A DNA stretch of 57,983 bases, from positions 1 to 57,983 of the forward strand of contig JAEYRF010000225.1 of NCBI GenBank assembly GCA_023409615.1, in the 5' to 3' direction. The notes under the pieces were generated by a model, which saw only the letters and a program-made list of their open reading frames with translations, was not told the origin of the DNA and did no database searches. Below, piece after piece: positions 45,964 through 56,200 of this stretch (positions are counted from its first letter, which is position 1; the number at the start of each line of letters is the position of its first letter). A program made the position numbers and the translations under genes. This DNA is from Bacillota bacterium (lineage in GTDB: Bacteria; Bacillota; Clostridia; Acetivibrionales; DTU013).

Positions 45964-47202
45964 ATGAGCATAATTATTGTAGATAATGATATAGAATATC
46001 TGGCGAATCTTGAAAAATTTCTGCTTGTCAATTATCCGCAACGTTTTGAATTATTTACATTCTCTTCAGCAGATAAACTAACTGACTTTTTTAAGCACAA
46101 GCAAAGCATTGACATATTGATCATCAGCAGCCAAATCTATAGAAAAGATATGAAGACTGTAAAAGCTGAACTTTCACTGATTCTTCTGGAGGATAGCAAT
46201 TTCAGGGCGCCAAAGGCAGGTGTACTGTCGCCAAATTGTGAGAGACTGTCTGCCGAGGGAGAGAGGCAGTCTGCCGAAGTGACAGGTGTCATTGAAACAA
46301 TATATAAGTATCAGCATATGGACAAGCTGGTGTCAGAAATTATTAGACTATATTCTGAAAAAAGTCTCAAAAACATCTCAATAACAGGACAGGGAAATAC
46401 ACGGGTCGTCGGCGTTTATTCTCCGTCAGGTGGAACCGGGAGCAGCAGTATTGCAGCAGGATGCAGCATTTTGTGCGCTGGGAGGGGAGTGAGATCCTTC
46501 TATCTGAACATGGAGGTAATCCCGTCCACGGACCTGTTTTTCAATGGGGACTGTGCAAGAACCTTTTCCAATGTGATTTTTCATCTGAAAGGGAAGGGTG
46601 ATAATCTGCAGCTCAAATTGGAAGGCGCAAAATGTGTAGATACTAAATCAGGTGTTCATTATTTCAAGCCTCCGGAGAGCATACTGGAGTTGAATGAATT
46701 GACTGATCTTGAGATTGAATATCTGGTGAGCGGGCTAAAAAACAGTGCAGTTTATGATTATGTTTTCATTGATATGTCTTCAGGACTCAACTCCTTTAAC
46801 ACGGCAATATTACCGCTTGCGGATGTAATTTTACTGGTGATTGATCAAGATCGCCGAACTATGATCAAACTTGAGAAATTTCGGGCGGGACTGAACTTAC
46901 TGGAGCATAAAAGCGGGATAGGTATTGCCAATCGGATCATTCCGGTATTGAACCGCTTTGATGGCAGAAGTGAGGCTGTCAAACAAATCGCTCACCTCAA
47001 AGGCTGCAGGCCGATGATAGCACTCGGTGATTGCTCCCGCCCTGAAGCTGCTGACGCCGGTACTGCTGCTATTGCTGGTATTGTCACCTCTCCGGTTGAA
47101 AACAAAGCATTTCTTACAGGATTGAACAGTATAATGGAGAACTTTTCATTCTGTTCCAGTGTTAATAAGGTTATTCCTAACGGGGGTGAAAATATTGCTT
47201 GA
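45964..47202 (+). CDS. tadZ: TadZ/CpaE-like pilus-assembly ATPase: an atypical receiver-like N-domain plus a MinD/ParA-type domain
   Basis: The ORF opens at TTG 45901 and the first ATG is at 45964 (MSIIIVDNDIEYL). The N-domain is receiver-like but has Ser rather than Asp at the end of beta-3 (IDILIISS). The deviant Walker A is VVGVYSPSGGTGSSSIAAG. Confidence 0.75.
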   Translation: MSIIIVDNDIEYLANLEKFLLVNYPQRFELFTFSSADKLTDFFKHKQSIDILIISSQIYRKDMKTVKAELSLILLEDSNFRAPKAGVLSPNCERLSAEGERQSAEVTGVIETIYKYQHMDKLVSEIIRLYSEKSLKNISITGQGNTRVVGVYSPSGGTGSSSIAAGCSILCAGRGVRSFYLNMEVIPSTDLFFNGDCARTFSNVIFHLKGKGDNLQLKLEGAKCVDTKSGVHYFKPPESILELNELTDLEIEYLVSGLKNSAVYDYVFIDMSSGLNSFNTAILPLADVILLVIDQDRRTMIKLEKFRAGLNLLEHKSGIGIANRIIPVLNRFDGRSEAVKQIAHLKGCRPMIALGDCSRPEAADAGTAAIAGIVTSPVENKAFLTGLNSIMENFSFCSSVNKVIPNGGENIA

Positions 47203-48496
47203 TGTGGATGCGCCGAACGGAGTAATGCTTGCTGAGGAAATCAGAAGAGAGATCACGCAAGGACTCGACCGGTCAAAAGATATTACAGACGATGAAGTCA
47301 TGGAGTTTGTCACGGAGGCTGTTTTTAGCAGATCAGCCAAAAAGTATTTAAGTATTGCTGAAAAGCATGATCTGGCGGAAATGGTCTTCAACTCAATGAG
47401 GCGGTTGGATATTCTTCAGCCTGTAATAGACGATAAAAGCATAACCGAGATTATGATAAATGGACCGGACAATCTTTTCATTGAACGTGCCGGCCATGTC
47501 TCCAGGTTGGAGCTTGGGTTCGAAAGCACAGAAAAGTTGGAGGATGTAATCCAGACTATTGTCTCAAGAACAAACAGAACTGTTAATGAAGCTTCACCTA
47601 TAGTGGATATTAGCCTTCCGGATGGTTCAAGGGTGAATGTTGTGTTAAAACCTGTTGCTCTGAACGGACCTATTATGACTATCAGAAAATTCCCGGATAA
47701 GCCAATAACGATGGAAAGGCTTGTTGAGACAGGATCGGTAAGTGCAGAAGCTGCAGAAGATCTAAGCTGTCTAGTGCGGGCGAAATACAACATCTTCATT
47801 TGCGGAGGAACCGGCTCAGGGAAGACTACTTTCCTTAACGCGCTGTCAGGAAGGATTCCCGGGGATGAAAGACTGATTACCATAGAGGATTCGGCTGAAC
47901 TGCAGATTGAGGGTGTGGATAACATAGTTCGTCTCGAGACCCGTAATGCAAACAGTGAGGGCAGAGGCAGGATTACAATTCGGGAGTTGATAAAAACATC
48001 GCTCAGGATGAGACCGGAGAGGATAATTGTTGGGGAGGTAAGGGGAGAAGAGGCGCTCGACATGCTGCAGGCAATGAATACCGGACATGACGGGTCGCTA
48101 TCTACAGGGCATGCCAATTCTGCTGCAGATATGCTAAAAAGGCTTGAGACCATGGTGCTTGCTGCTGCTCCACTGCCATTGGAGGCAGTCAGACAACAGA
48201 TTTCTTCTGCGATAAATATTATCATACATCTTGGGAGGCTTCGTGACAGGAGCAGGCGTGTATTGGAGATATGTGAGATCACTGGCTGCTGTAATGGCCA
48301 AATTCAGATGAACCCGCTTTACTTATTCGAAGAGATCGAGGCACTTGAACAAAAGCAAGCAAGCCGTAGAGATCCGGCAGGTGATGCTCTGCAGAGTTCA
48401 GTTAATGGATGCCTAAGTTGGACCGGGAACAGGCTGCTAAACACAGTTAAACTAAAAATGGCAGGTATACACTGCAGATTGAGTGGAGAGACGTGA
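47195..48496 (+). CDS. cpaF: CpaF/TadA-family secretion ATPase (T2SSE/VirB11-like)
   Basis: The ORF opens at 47159. The TTG at 47195 has GGGGGTGA 5 nt upstream and overlaps the tadZ stop by 8 nt, but the start is uncertain. Walker A is GGTGSGKTT, Walker B is RIIVGEVRGEEA, and the His box is GHDGSLSTGHAN. Confidence 0.9.
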   Translation: MLDVDAPNGVMLAEEIRREITQGLDRSKDITDDEVMEFVTEAVFSRSAKKYLSIAEKHDLAEMVFNSMRRLDILQPVIDDKSITEIMINGPDNLFIERAGHVSRLELGFESTEKLEDVIQTIVSRTNRTVNEASPIVDISLPDGSRVNVVLKPVALNGPIMTIRKFPDKPITMERLVETGSVSAEAAEDLSCLVRAKYNIFICGGTGSGKTTFLNALSGRIPGDERLITIEDSAELQIEGVDNIVRLETRNANSEGRGRITIRELIKTSLRMRPERIIVGEVRGEEALDMLQAMNTGHDGSLSTGHANSAADMLKRLETMVLAAAPLPLEAVRQQISSAINIIIHLGRLRDRSRRVLEICEITGCCNGQIQMNPLYLFEEIEALEQKQASRRDPAGDALQSSVNGCLSWTGNRLLNTVKLKMAGIHCRLSGET

Positions 48497-49239
48497 TGCA
48501 GGATTTTGACACTTATATTATGAGTTTACGTGAAAAAGTTCTATATACGGCTGTCGCGGGGGTTGCTATTTTCCTGATTGCTTATATTTTCTACAGAAGT
48601 GTTTTGCTTTCATTATTACTTATACCGCTTGCGCTGATATATCCGGGAGTAAAGTTAAAAGACATTATCAGGAAGCGGAAAAAAGAGCTTAATATTCAAT
48701 TCAAGGACTTGCTTTACTCGCTCTCATCTTCACTATCAGCCGGCAAGACAGTTGAGTCCGCATTCAGGGAAGCATTGAAGGATTTATCCGTCCTGTATCC
48801 TGAACCGTCGACTTATATTCTGATTGAGATACACAGGATTATAAGCAGACTTGATACAAATGAAACATTGGAACATGCCCTGTCAGACTTCGCAAGCCGT
48901 GCGAAACTGGAGGATGTTGATAACTTTGTAGATGTGTTCAATATCAGCAAGAGATCAGGCGGAAATATTGCAGAGGTAATCAAGAACACATCTGCCATCA
49001 TCAGTGACAGAATTGAGGTGGGGCAGGAGGTGGATACGATGCTTGCGGAGAGAAGATTTGAGCAAAAGGTGCTCAATATGGTACCAATTTTGATGATCTT
49101 ACTGCTGTCAGTCAGTGCACCAGATTATCTGAGCCCTGTATTCGATACAATTGCGGGCCGTCTTACAATGACCGCCTCCATAGCACTGTTGATTATTGCA
49201 TGGGTAATTACTGCAAAAATTAATGATATTAAAATGTGA
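48496..49239 (+). CDS. tadB: TadB-like inner-membrane platform protein (T2SSF family)
   Basis: The ATG overlaps the cpaF stop (TGATG). It has an N-terminal TM helix, the T2SSF-like segment QFKDLLYSLSSSLSAGKTVESAF, and C-terminal TM helices. Confidence 0.8.
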   Translation: MQDFDTYIMSLREKVLYTAVAGVAIFLIAYIFYRSVLLSLLLIPLALIYPGVKLKDIIRKRKKELNIQFKDLLYSLSSSLSAGKTVESAFREALKDLSVLYPEPSTYILIEIHRIISRLDTNETLEHALSDFASRAKLEDVDNFVDVFNISKRSGGNIAEVIKNTSAIISDRIEVGQEVDTMLAERRFEQKVLNMVPILMILLLSVSAPDYLSPVFDTIAGRLTMTASIALLIIAWVITAKINDIKM

Positions 49240-49247
49240 GGTTCTCG

Positions 49248-50108
49248 ATGATTTTAATTTTTATTGTGTACTCTTGTATATTAGCTGCAATTTTTTTGAT
49301 CTCACGCAATCAGTATATTGCAGTAATTGAACAATTGGATAAAAAGACCTATCCCTTGAAAAGTTTTTTTCCGGTTGGGTTATACCTGCTGGATACCTTT
49401 AAATATAGTTTCAATACCGGCTATGACCGAAGGCTGATATCGGCTATAGCTGAGCTTTATGATCACCGGCGTGCCGTCGCGCTGCTCAAAGTCCATTGGG
49501 GAAACAAGATATTGATGATTCTTTTATCTCTACTATTTGCTTTTTTTGTGGGTATTTTTGCCGAATTGGATATTGGATATGTGTTATTTTGTGTTGCTCT
49601 GCCAATTGGTATTGCGCTTTTTGGCGACAGAGATCTGTTTGAAAGGGTGAAAAAAAGAAGACTTGCTATTCAATCAGATTTTCCGGACTTTGTAAACAAG
49701 CTTACTCTTTTGATAAATGCAGGAATGACAGTTTCAAAGGCATGGGGGAAAATTGCGTCTGACAGCAATAGCCAGATGCCGTTGTATCTGGAGTTGATAT
49801 CGGCCTCAGCTGAAATAAGATCCGGAACTCCAGAGCAAAAGGCTTATGAAGAATTCGCGAAAAGGTGTCGTGTACCTGTAATTACACGTTTTATTTCTGT
49901 AATTCTACAGAACATCAAGAAGGGAAATGCTGAGCTTGTGCCTATCTTAAGGGTGTTTGCAAATGAGTGCTGGGAACTTCGCAAGAACACCGCTAAAAGG
50001 TATGGCGAAGAAGCCTCCACAAAACTATTGCTTCCAATGATGATGATGTTTGCGGCAATTTTACTTATTGTTGGTATGCCGGCGGTGCTGGCTTTAAAAA
50101 ATATGTAG
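49248..50108 (+). CDS. tadC: TadC-like inner-membrane platform protein (T2SSF family)
   Basis: The ORF opens at GTG 49236 and the ATG at 49248 follows GAGG. The T2SSF-like segment is DFPDFVNKLTLLINAGMTVSKAW. TM helices are present at both ends. Confidence 0.8.
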   Translation: MILIFIVYSCILAAIFLISRNQYIAVIEQLDKKTYPLKSFFPVGLYLLDTFKYSFNTGYDRRLISAIAELYDHRRAVALLKVHWGNKILMILLSLLFAFFVGIFAELDIGYVLFCVALPIGIALFGDRDLFERVKKRRLAIQSDFPDFVNKLTLLINAGMTVSKAWGKIASDSNSQMPLYLELISASAEIRSGTPEQKAYEEFAKRCRVPVITRFISVILQNIKKGNAELVPILRVFANECWELRKNTAKRYGEEASTKLLLPMMMMFAAILLIVGMPAVLALKNM

Positions 50109-50125
50109 GGATGGGGGTGAGTTGT

Positions 50126-50341
50126 ATGAGTTTACTGATAAAGAGGTTTATCAAGGAAGAGGACGGACTTGGCACGGTCGAAATTGTTGTTATTATTGCT
50201 GTTCTTGTAGGTATTGCTCTGATTTTCAGAGATGCAATCATCAATTTTGTGACTAGTATTATGAAAGGTGTATTCGATGATGATACCATTGCTAAGGATT
50301 TAAACAGCAGCAGTATCAGAAAAGACAATAAGATTAATTAG
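50126..50341 (+). CDS. flp: Flp1-type (type IVb, Tad) prepilin
   Basis: GGGGGTGA lies 5 nt upstream of the ATG at 50126 (the ORF opens at 50111). The product is MSLLIKRFIKEEDG-LGTVEIVVIIAVLVGIALIF... Cleavage after Gly would place Glu at +5, followed by a hydrophobic helix. The protein is 71 aa. Confidence 0.85.
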   Translation: MSLLIKRFIKEEDGLGTVEIVVIIAVLVGIALIFRDAIINFVTSIMKGVFDDDTIAKDLNSSSIRKDNKIN

Positions 50342-50374
50342 CATAAAAATTAATTGCCCGTACAATACCGGGAT

Positions 50375-50407
50375 GTGCTGCAGCTGTTGAAACTTTGGCT
50401 GCAGCGC
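50375..50407 (+). other. Stem-loop directly after the pilin gene, a possible attenuator or mRNA-stabilising hairpin
   Basis: gtgctgcagc-tgttgaaactttg-gctgcagcgc, with an 8-bp perfect core and no U-tract. Confidence 0.45.
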
Positions 50408-50436
50408 TCCCAAGCTGTTAAAAGGAGTTGAATCAT

Positions 50437-51870
50437 ATGGCTCAGGTACAAGAGCAGATGAAGGGTTTGACATATTTTTTTGAGAGTGAGGCATCAGCCA
50501 GTTTTCTTGTTGTTATATGTGAAACTAAGTTAATTGAGTATCAAATGCAAATGCTGGAGAATAATCCAATCAGGAATGTCATTCCGCCTGAGATGGTAAA
50601 AAAGGAAGGTGTAAACCACTTCTACTATAATGTTACATCAAAGATTTCTCTTTCCTTTTTCCTAAAAAGATATAAACTCAGCAGAGAAGAATTTCTGAAA
50701 CTGATCCTTCAAATTACTTCATCTGTAAGTGACGCATCCGGTTATCTATTAGGAAGTTCTAATTTCATTTTAGATCCGGACTATATCTATTTAAACCCTG
50801 AGACCCTTGAACCGGCATTGGTCTATGTCCCTGCGGCTATTAACCAGAATGGATGTGAAGTGCTGCAAGGCTTTATTTCTGATTTGCTTTTGATGCATAT
50901 CCATGTAGATGGTTTTGACAGGGGTAATTTTGTACAGAAAATACTGTCGGCAGTTAACAGTGACACCTTTAATATAAAAGGCTGCGTAGCCTTTTTAAAT
51001 GGACTAATGTATGGACATGAGGTGAATAACGTGTCGATACAGCCAGATGGGTCAATACAGCCAGATGGGTCAATACGGTCATCCGGATCAATAATACCAC
51101 CAGGTTATGGTGATAAAGATAGTATTTCGGCCTCAATAAATTACAAAAAAAATAAAAAAGAGGAAATAAAGGAAGAAATGAAGAATAAAACTGCTGATGG
51201 TAACAGGAGACTGTCTATTACAATTGCATCCGTATTACTGCAGTTTATTATGGGTGGTATTATCTACCTGGGCCGCGGATTTTTGCAGCAGATCGGTGAT
51301 AATCAGACTACTACATTTGTGGCAGTCGCAATGATCGTGCTTGCGGTAGATGTGCTTTTGTACAAAAAGATATCGGCTGCAAAACTTATATCTGTGAATA
51401 GTAAGTCAGGAGATTCTATGGAAGAAAAAGAAACGGATGAGGCAGAACCCGTGAGACTATCGCTGCCAAACCTGATACCGGACAATGCACTGGATCAGAT
51501 AGAGATATCAGCGATTAAGACTGAAAAGATTATTTGTGAGACAGAACTACTTGTCGGTAATAAAAGCGGAGGTTGCTTTCTGCGAAGTACAGGTAAACAT
51601 AGTGGCGATGAAGACATTACTATTGATAAAGATGATTTCATCATAGGCAGACTAGATGGGCATGTAGATTATATTCTTAACAACAATGCTGTTGGAAAGC
51701 TGCATACAGAGCTGATTAAGAGAAATGGTGCCTGCTTTGTAAAGGATTTGAATACTGTGAATGGAACTTTTATCAACAACACACGGATCGTTAGTAATAA
51801 AGAGGTAGAACTAAAGGAAAATGACAGACTGCGGTTGGCAAACAGCGAGTTTGTGCTGGTATACGAATAA
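50437..51870 (+). CDS. Membrane protein with an N-terminal domain of unknown function, two TM helices and a C-terminal FHA domain
   Basis: AAGGAG lies 9 nt upstream of the ATG at 50437. The TM segments are ITIASVLLQFIMGGIIYLG and FVAVAMIVLAVDVLLY. The FHA-like C-terminus is FIIGRLDGHVDYILNNNAVGKLHTELIKRNGACFVKDLNTVNGTFINN. Confidence 0.8.
   Translation: MAQVQEQMKGLTYFFESEASASFLVVICETKLIEYQMQMLENNPIRNVIPPEMVKKEGVNHFYYNVTSKISLSFFLKRYKLSREEFLKLILQITSSVSDASGYLLGSSNFILDPDYIYLNPETLEPALVYVPAAINQNGCEVLQGFISDLLLMHIHVDGFDRGNFVQKILSAVNSDTFNIKGCVAFLNGLMYGHEVNNVSIQPDGSIQPDGSIRSSGSIIPPGYGDKDSISASINYKKNKKEEIKEEMKNKTADGNRRLSITIASVLLQFIMGGIIYLGRGFLQQIGDNQTTTFVAVAMIVLAVDVLLYKKISAAKLISVNSKSGDSMEEKETDEAEPVRLSLPNLIPDNALDQIEISAIKTEKIICETELLVGNKSGGCFLRSTGKHSGDEDITIDKDDFIIGRLDGHVDYILNNNAVGKLHTELIKRNGACFVKDLNTVNGTFINNTRIVSNKEVELKENDRLRLANSEFVLVYE
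51034..51105 (+). repeat. Four tandem 18-bp units inside the FHA gene (SIQPDG SIQPDG SIRSSG SIIPPG)
   Basis: tcgatacagccagatggg / tcaatacagccagatggg / tcaatacggtcatccgga / tcaataataccaccaggt. The first two units differ at one base. Confidence 0.85.
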
Positions 51871-51916
51871 TTGTTGCTCTGGAGGTATTAAAAAAAATTA
51901 TTTCAGGGGGAGTAAA

Positions 51917-53230
51917 ATGACAAGTAAAATTCAGATATGGTGTTTGAAAGCAGAAGTGAGAAAATGCGTGGAGATTCTGTTGTTGATTGTTTTTATTTCC
52001 ATGACAATATTCTGTACCTCGGGGCGGGCTTTTGCAGAGAACCAGGAGGAAACAATATCCCCCGCCCCCAGCCCGGAGGAACAGATGAATGAAACGCTTT
52101 ACCGGATAAGGCCTATGCAGGACAGGCTGGGATCTATGGATGCGGCCTCTATCGACGGCTATGTCAATAAGTATGCTGATATGAATTCTCATTGGAGCAG
52201 AGCAGCGGTCGGAAAACTGTCCGGGCTTGATATTATAGCTGGTTATGGTGGTAAGTTCCGGCCTGACTCACCTGTTCAGGCGGACCAGTTTATCAAAATG
52301 GCTGTGATGGCAATGGGCCACAAAATTGAGCAGGGTACAGAGTATTGGGCACAGCCTTATATAGATACCGCTTTAAGCGAAGGGCTTGTGGATAAGGGCG
52401 AATTTGTTGATTACAAAGTGCCATTGAGCCGCGAGCAGATGGCAAGGATTATTGTGCGGACTATGCTGAAGGTGGATGAAAAACCAGATGATAGATACGA
52501 TAAATACATCATTGGGAAGATTTCTGATTATGAAAAGGTTTCAGACAATTTGAAGCAGTTTGTGATTGACGGCTATAGGTTGGGATTGGTACAAGGCTCT
52601 GCTGATAAATATAATCCAAAGTCTACTTTGACGAGAGCGGAGGCTGCCGCAGTCATCATACGCTTTCTGGATGCGACTGAGCGGAAGCCGATGGCGCCGG
52701 GACCGGATGAAGTGATCGAGCTTGTTGATAACCTTGGTAATCCCATGGAGATTTATCCGGGAAATATAGCGGAATACTTTGAAATTGAAAAGGTTATGCG
52801 AGACGCTATACCAAAGGCAAAAGGGTATGCTCCGTTTTTTTACAGCCCTGAAACTGGAGCAGTTTGTGTTGTTTTTTATGAAAGTCATGAAGCATGGCAA
52901 CAGGATAGCACAATAAATAAAATTGCTACATTTAGGTCAAACAACATATACAAAGAGCCGGGCAATTCATACGCATATACCTTATCAGTCTGGAACAGGC
53001 AGTTGTATAAAGAGCTGTTTGTGGACTATATGCACGAGATATTAAAGGCACTATATGGAGAAGATGCAGATAAGGCTATCAGACTTCACGATAAATACAT
53101 GAATCTGACTTCAGGTAAGCCCGACGGGAGCAGCTATTACGAAACACCGCGGCTAAATGACAGATTTACAGAAATCAGAGGCGGCGGCAGCGGATTTTCA
53201 ATGCATATCAAGCTTTTTGGTGAGAAATAG
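51917..53230 (+). CDS. Secreted protein with three N-terminal SLH domains and a C-terminal domain of unknown function, encoded inside the tad cluster
   Basis: GGGGGAG lies 5 nt upstream of the ATG at 51917 (the ORF opens at 51821). The signal peptide ends SGRAFA-ENQ. The SLH repeats are NSHWSRAAVGKLSGLDIIAGYGGKFRPD..., YWAQPYIDTALSEGLVDKG... and VSDNLKQFVIDGYRLGLVQGSADKYNP...TRAEAAAVIIRFL. Confidence 0.8.
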   Translation: MTSKIQIWCLKAEVRKCVEILLLIVFISMTIFCTSGRAFAENQEETISPAPSPEEQMNETLYRIRPMQDRLGSMDAASIDGYVNKYADMNSHWSRAAVGKLSGLDIIAGYGGKFRPDSPVQADQFIKMAVMAMGHKIEQGTEYWAQPYIDTALSEGLVDKGEFVDYKVPLSREQMARIIVRTMLKVDEKPDDRYDKYIIGKISDYEKVSDNLKQFVIDGYRLGLVQGSADKYNPKSTLTRAEAAAVIIRFLDATERKPMAPGPDEVIELVDNLGNPMEIYPGNIAEYFEIEKVMRDAIPKAKGYAPFFYSPETGAVCVVFYESHEAWQQDSTINKIATFRSNNIYKEPGNSYAYTLSVWNRQLYKELFVDYMHEILKALYGEDADKAIRLHDKYMNLTSGKPDGSSYYETPRLNDRFTEIRGGGSGFSMHIKLFGEK

Positions 53231-53244
53231 TTTTTGGAGGTCTT

Positions 53245-56200
53245 ATGAATATAAAAATAATGAGTTACCGTATAATACCGGTATTTCTATCGGTTATAAT
53301 ACTCCTGACTGTTATATTGCTGACCAGCTTTTCGGCAGCTGGTGAGCCGAGATATGAAAGTCCCGGTATGACATTCATGGATGAGACAAAAGCGGGAAAG
53401 GATTTGTACGAAAAATACAAAATAGAGCTGCCGTCTCTTCCCGGCGGCGGAGTACCGCCCCAGTATATAACAGGTCCTGAGGGGACAAAGCTATACGTCA
53501 ATCTGAAGCTATGGCTGGATCATAGTATTCTTTGTTACGGTGAATGGTCGGATGTGCCCGACAACTATAAAACCAGTGGTACAGTTGGTTTTAAAAGTTC
53601 CACCCAAAAGCCGGGATATCCCGTCGAAAAGAATAAGGGGTACTATTTAAAAAATGGCAGGCGCGGAGAATACCGCTACCACGGCTATGACATCAATGGG
53701 AACAAGCTCACAAACCTATACTTTGAGGTAGACTCCTCTGTAACAAAGTTCGATGAAAGAGCATGGATTAAGAATCCGTGGGATGAATTACCACTCAGTT
53801 ATATGCACAAACCTGATCATGAAAGTATATACAACAATGCAGCCATAGGTTTTGACCCGTACCCTAATCCTGCTGTGCAACCGGGAGTGCAGAACTGGAT
53901 CAACAAGGCTATGCAGCTATACGGCGGTGTCCCGCTGATTGGAGCTGTCGTCGACCCGGAGGTATTCAGATATCTTTATGTGGAATCCGCACCTACGACT
54001 CTGGGCTTGGGACAGGGACGCATGTGGCACGAGAGGGATAACGGGTCGATATGGTACCAGACCATAGCGGTGCCTCAGCTCACAGAGAAGAAGAACCTGC
54101 CGGTAGAGGCTGAAATTGTATTACTTACAGAGCTGCCTGAGAACATTACGGACGTCGGTACTGCTATGGATGATATGGAAATAACTCTTGAATTTGAGGT
54201 TAGCGCTATCCTTAAGGATGATGACATATTTGATGACCCTGTTCAGCAGACCGTGTTCTATACAAGGTATGATATAAAGGATTGGAATATCACATTTTCG
54301 GCACCGGAGCAGACAGAACAGGCCGACCCGAAGGCAATTAACACAGTAAACAGAGGAAGCCGCAAATTTAGGTATACAACCACATACGGTTATCTGAAAG
54401 CACACAGCAAAAGTATAGGCGGCAAGACTACATGGAATCTCCACTTTACTGCCACTGCCAGGCCAAATTACAAGAATGGCAGCTATGGACTCATAGACAA
54501 CGCCGCATATGATCTCGGTATCGGAGTGGTGCAAGCTCCAGAACCGCCTGCTCAGGTAGTCGTGGGCTTTACGCCTGCTCCGGACATTCCTGAGATTGCT
54601 TTCGATGGTGTTCCTTTCACAGCAAGTGACATATCTGACATGTCAATCGTGGAATACCGAAAGGTATTTGTAGATGGTATTGAAGTGGATGGAAGCCAGT
54701 TTTTCTCCGGCAGCTATATTTTTCCCGGAGCAGTCGGAGTAAACGGACGGTTTGCATATGTGGACTGTGAGTATAAAGTGGAGGGCTTTCCATCTGAGAC
54801 CGGCAAAGCTGTTACAAGAGACGTGGTATATATCTATCCCACAAAGCCTATTGCTAACTATAAGATATCTTCTGATACATGGAAACAGAACAGGCTGATA
54901 AAAGTACAGGAAGCAAGCGACGAGGGAAATATTCGGCTTGTGATCGATAAATACCCGATAGTGGAGTATCAATGGACATTCGGCGGCAATACTTCGCAGC
55001 TTCGAAAAGGCGCTGATTCAGATATCTCAAAAGAGCTATTGTATAAAGAACCGGGTATATACTCGTTGACACTCAAGGTAAAGAATACCTTAGGCAAATG
55101 GTCCGATCCCTATAATGTTACATTTGAGGTGTTGGAGGATATCGCGCCGGCTGTTGGTGTAAATCTTTCAGAATCCGTATACACCCGTAACGATAAAGTG
55201 AGCGCCTGGTATTATCTTGCTGCCAGTACAGACGGCGACATAATTAAATCATCGGAGATAGAGCTATGGCATGACTCCGACAATGATGGCACAGTGGATA
55301 AAAAACTGAAGACATGGAGCAATCAGGATGAATTTCCTGCCTTCAATCCGACTAAACTGGGCTACTATAAATACATTATATCGGCGAAAGAAGACATCAT
55401 TGACGATACTCTATTTCAGTACATCACAGAGGAAGATAAAAAATCCGCAACATACGAAGTGGAGTTCTGGGTGGATAATTATCAGCCAATCAGCGATCTT
55501 TATGTCAATATTCCCATCCAGCGCCCGTCGATTGATGTATATTTCATGCTGGATAAAAACCTGTCTACCGAAAAGGCAGACTATATCAAAAGCAGCAGGG
55601 TGAATATGTCAAACTGGCTTCTGGGTAAAAACATCATACCAAATGTGAACATATGGGATATGAAGACCTATACCTACTCGCAACCCGCGAATACAAGTGT
55701 CAATACAGGTGAAAGTTATCCTTCAACAACATATGTTTATTCAAGCAGCGGGTATTCAGGAACACTAGAAAGGACAAGTGTATCGAATAACAGCTATTCG
55801 AGGGATCAGGGCAAGTATGAGACAAGACAAGAAAGCAAATCATTGTCACAAGCGGCCTCCAATACTAATTCAGTAACATATCGATGGTCAGGTAGTTCAT
55901 GGGTTCAGGTTGGTAAAGATGAAAGTCAGCTTCCATCCTCCAGATCCTACACAGACAGTAGTGGATACAGTGGAACGCTTCAGAAAAGTTCCGGTATCAA
56001 GACAGGAACGTCAGGTTCCGCACCTTCAAACCCAAATATTGGTCAAACCTATACCTATTACAGCTACTGGTCGTGTACTTACTCGGGCACTGTATACAGA
56101 ACTGTTAATGTGTGGGTTCCAAACATTGTATGGTACGACAATTATACCGGATATTACAGCGGAACGATTAATAAAAATGTTAGGCAGCCCTATACTGACC

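Noticed and set aside
47416-48282. 288-aa ORF on the - strand inside cpaF
   Set aside because: It is antisense to a gene with complete Walker A, Walker B and His-box motifs. The Ser-rich product looks non-biological.
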